A stretch of DNA of 64,000 nucleotides from Candidatus Krumholzibacteriota bacterium (GTDB lineage Bacteria; Krumholzibacteriota; Krumholzibacteriia; JAJRXK01), in contig CAVSGG010000009.1 of the NCBI GenBank assembly GCA_963727455.1, positions 448,001 to 512,000 of the forward strand, in the 5' to 3' direction. The notes under the pieces are model-generated. The model was given only the letters and a program-made list of their open reading frames with translations, was not told the DNA's origin and searched no databases. The translations under genes were made by a program, and so were the position numbers. Below, piece after piece: positions 61,295 to 64,000 of this stretch (position 1 is the stretch's first letter; each line of letters begins with the position of its first letter).

Positions 61295-62990
61295 ATGGCC
61301 AAGCCGGCTCCACTCACCCGACTCGAACTCCATCGCTATCGCGAGCCCCTTCGCGCCATATCTGAAGCGAGGTCGCCGCGCTCGAGGAGATGAGTGAGAA
61401 GCGCCTGGCTACCATCCTGCGCCGCCATCCGCGGGATGGCAACGGCGTCTTCAGTAAGAACCACCTCGTGGCCGGCTATCGCCTGTTGGCCGAGGCCGGC
61501 GAAATCGCTCCCGATGAAGAGCTACTGCGGCGTATCCAGATGCGGCCGGTGCGAACTTCGAGCGGCGTCACTCCGGTTACCGTGCTCACCAAGCCCTATC
61601 CATGTCCGGGCCGCTGCATCTTTTGCCCTACCGATCTGCGAATGCCCAAGAGCTATCTCCGCGACGAACCCGGCGCCATGCGCGCGGAACAGCACCATTT
61701 CGATCCCTACGAGCAGACCGCAGGTAGAATCGCCGCGTTCTACAGCAACGGACATCCCGCGGACAAGATTGAACTCTTGGTGTTGGGCGGAACTTGGTCC
61801 AGCTATCCGCGCGAGTATCAGGAGTACTTCATCCGGCGCTGTCTGGACGCCATGAACGAGGTCGGCCAGCCAGCGGATTCAAGTTCACCCGGAGGAGCAG
61901 CCGGGAACAGCGACGCAGCCTCGAACAGGCACAGCGGCGCAACGAGAGGGCGGCTTGCCGCAACGTGGGGCTGGTGCTGGAGACACGGCCCGATCACGTG
62001 AGCCTGGAGGAGGTACGTCACCTGCGTCGACTGGGGGCGACCAAGATACAATTGGGCGCCCAATCACTGGACGATCGAATCCTGCAGCTCAATCAACGCG
62101 GCCATACGGTGGAGGACACGCGCGTGGCCATGACGAGATTGCGCGCGGCCGGATTCAAGCTGGTTCTTCACTGGATGCCAAATCTGTACGGAGCCACCGC
62201 GGCGAGCGACCTGGAGGATTTTCGGAAGTTGTTCAGCGATCCGGCCCTGCGGCCCGACGAACTCAAAATCTATCCCACCACGCTCCTGCAGAATGCCGCT
62301 CTTTACGAAGTCTGGTTGAAGGGCAACTACCTTCCCTACGACGATGAGACCCTCATCGAGCTGGTCATCGCCTGCAAGGAACTCGTGCCTCGCTACTGCC
62401 GAATCAACCGTATCTACCGCGACATACCCTCGACCAACGTCGTCGCCGGCTGCAAAATCACGAACTTGCGACAGAAGGTGGCCGACGATCATGAGGCAGT
62501 CGAGGCGCCGCTGCCGGTGTCTCCGCTGCCGGGAGGTGAGAGAATCGGGTCGTAGCAGGCCGAGAATCTCGCCCTCAACGAGCTGCGCTATCGCTGCCGT
62601 GAGAGCGAGGAGCATTTTCTCTCCTTCGACGATTCCGGGGACCATTGCGCCGGATACCTGCGACTTTCCCTGCCCGACCATCCCGGGCATGCGGGAGGGC
62701 AAAGGCTCGGCCTGGCCGAGTTGGAAGGTTGCGCACTCGTCCGTGAGATTCACGTCTACGGCCCCGCCTTACCATCGGGACGGGAGGCCGGCGATTCCTG
62801 GATCGCGGCCAGCCAACATCGCGGACTGGGACGAAAGCTTCTTGGCACGGGCGGAAGAAACTCGCCTGCGAGCAGGGCTACTCCCGGATGGCCATCATCG
62901 CTTCGGTGGGAACTCAGCGCGTACTACCGAAGCCACGGATACCGGCTCGAGGGAAGCTACATGGTCAAGAGTCTGCGGTCTAAAGCAGCC
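61295..62990 (+). CDS. elp3: Elp3-family radical SAM/KAT tRNA U34 carboxymethyltransferase (frameshifted; end approximate)
   Basis: RT.SGV, CPGRCIFC, PKSY, GGTW, ETRPD, HWMPNL, KIYPT, RDIP, NLRQ, CRCLRCREV, REIHVYG, QHRGLG. Confidence 0.9.
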
Positions 62991-62999
62991 CAAACTGAC

Positions 63000-64000
63000 T
63001 CAGAAGTACCCGATCGAATGCAGGCTCTGCTCGGTCTTCGGATCGAGGTGGTCCACCGGTTCCACACTCTCCGTGCCGGTGGCGATCCACAGCCCGATTT
63101 GTTTGCGCAAAGGCGCGATCTCCGGCGGCACTTCGTTCGCGGCCACGAGATCGTGCTTTTCCTGGGGATCCGCCATCAGATCATAGAGCTGGTAACTGCT
63201 CTCGTAGACGCGGTAGATCCACTTGTACTTGCCGGCACGGAGTCCAAATTCCGGCACGATACTGTGGGTGTTGCGCAGGAAGACCTTTCTCTTCTCGAAG
63301 TTCTCGTGCGTCCCGCGATCAGGGGCAAAAGGCTGTCCCCTTCAGTCCATCGGGAGGGGATGATCTGGAAAAGATCGAGATAGGTGGGAAGAGGATCCAC
63401 CAGGGAGACCGGCTGCTTCACGTGTTGCCCGAGAACTCCGGCGCTCCGGGAATGTGCATGATGAAGGGAATTCGCATGAACTCTTCGTAGATGTGCCGGC
63501 CGTGCGCGTAAACCCCATGCTCCCAAAACGCCTCCCCGTGGTCCGCGATCACGAGGAAGACGGTGTTGTCCCAACGTCCGCTCTTCTTCAGAGCATCGAT
63601 GACTTCTCCCACTTTGGAATCGACATAGGCCAGATTCCCATCATAGAGCGCGCGGATCATCTCTTGACGGTGCCGACTGGGCGGGTCGAGGCGGTATCGC
63701 AAGAAGGTTGCGCGCATTCGCGTCGACGCTGTCCGCCGCCACCGGATCGAACTTGCGCGCAAATTCGTCGGGCGGCGTATAGGGAGTGTGCGGCTCGAGA
63801 AAATGGAGATAGGCAAAGACCTGCTGATCCCCCCACGACTTCATGTCGTTCTCGAAGGCTTCGACGGTACGTTGGGCGAGGTGCTCGGTCGAATCGGGGA
63901 CCGCTTCATTGTCGTAGATCTCGTAGAATTTCGTGAAGCCCCGATCGAATCCGAAATCGGGCCCGAACCAGGGATTTCCGGAAATTCGCGATCCGGCGGC
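63000..64000 (-). CDS. Sulfatase-family protein (5' part outside the window; frameshifted)
   Basis: NPW...FGFDRGF, YLHFLEPHTPY, YDGNLAYVD, ADHGEAFWEHG. Confidence 0.85.

Overview
GC-rich bacterial chromosomal window with about 55 protein genes. I found no rRNA, tRNA, CRISPR array, prophage or IS element. Contents in order: (1-5.3 kb) a sigma54 regulatory cassette with a GAF protein, a PAS kinase/response regulator pair, a GAF-bEBP, a FliA/WhiG-type sigma factor, two sigma54 promoters and a candidate ~225-nt structured RNA; (5-31 kb) housekeeping and envelope genes including an S8 protease, a MocR regulator plus aminotransferase, an ECF sigma/anti-sigma pair, an EamA transporter behind a riboswitch-like leader, icd with a Cys-rich insertion, a DUF2723-TPR protein, a metallopeptidase/ATP-grasp pair and acs; (32-42 kb) a Wzm/Wzt surface-polysaccharide operon with a CDP-sugar tailoring cassette; (42-53 kb) a DASS transporter, speDE and a two-family molybdoenzyme operon; (51.6-64 kb) a zone where most genes carry indels, probably assembly errors, containing acyl-CoA dehydrogenase, an RRM protein, a hybrid kinase, a divergent Trm9-like methyltransferase/Elp3 pair and a sulfatase. 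The best candidates for novelty are the Elp3 + Trm9-like pair (possible bacterial mcm5U pathway), the zinc-ribbon insertion in the IDH regulatory loop, and two unassigned structured RNAs (2221-2450 minus strand; 16868-17137 plus strand). All family calls come from motif recognition by eye; no searches were run.
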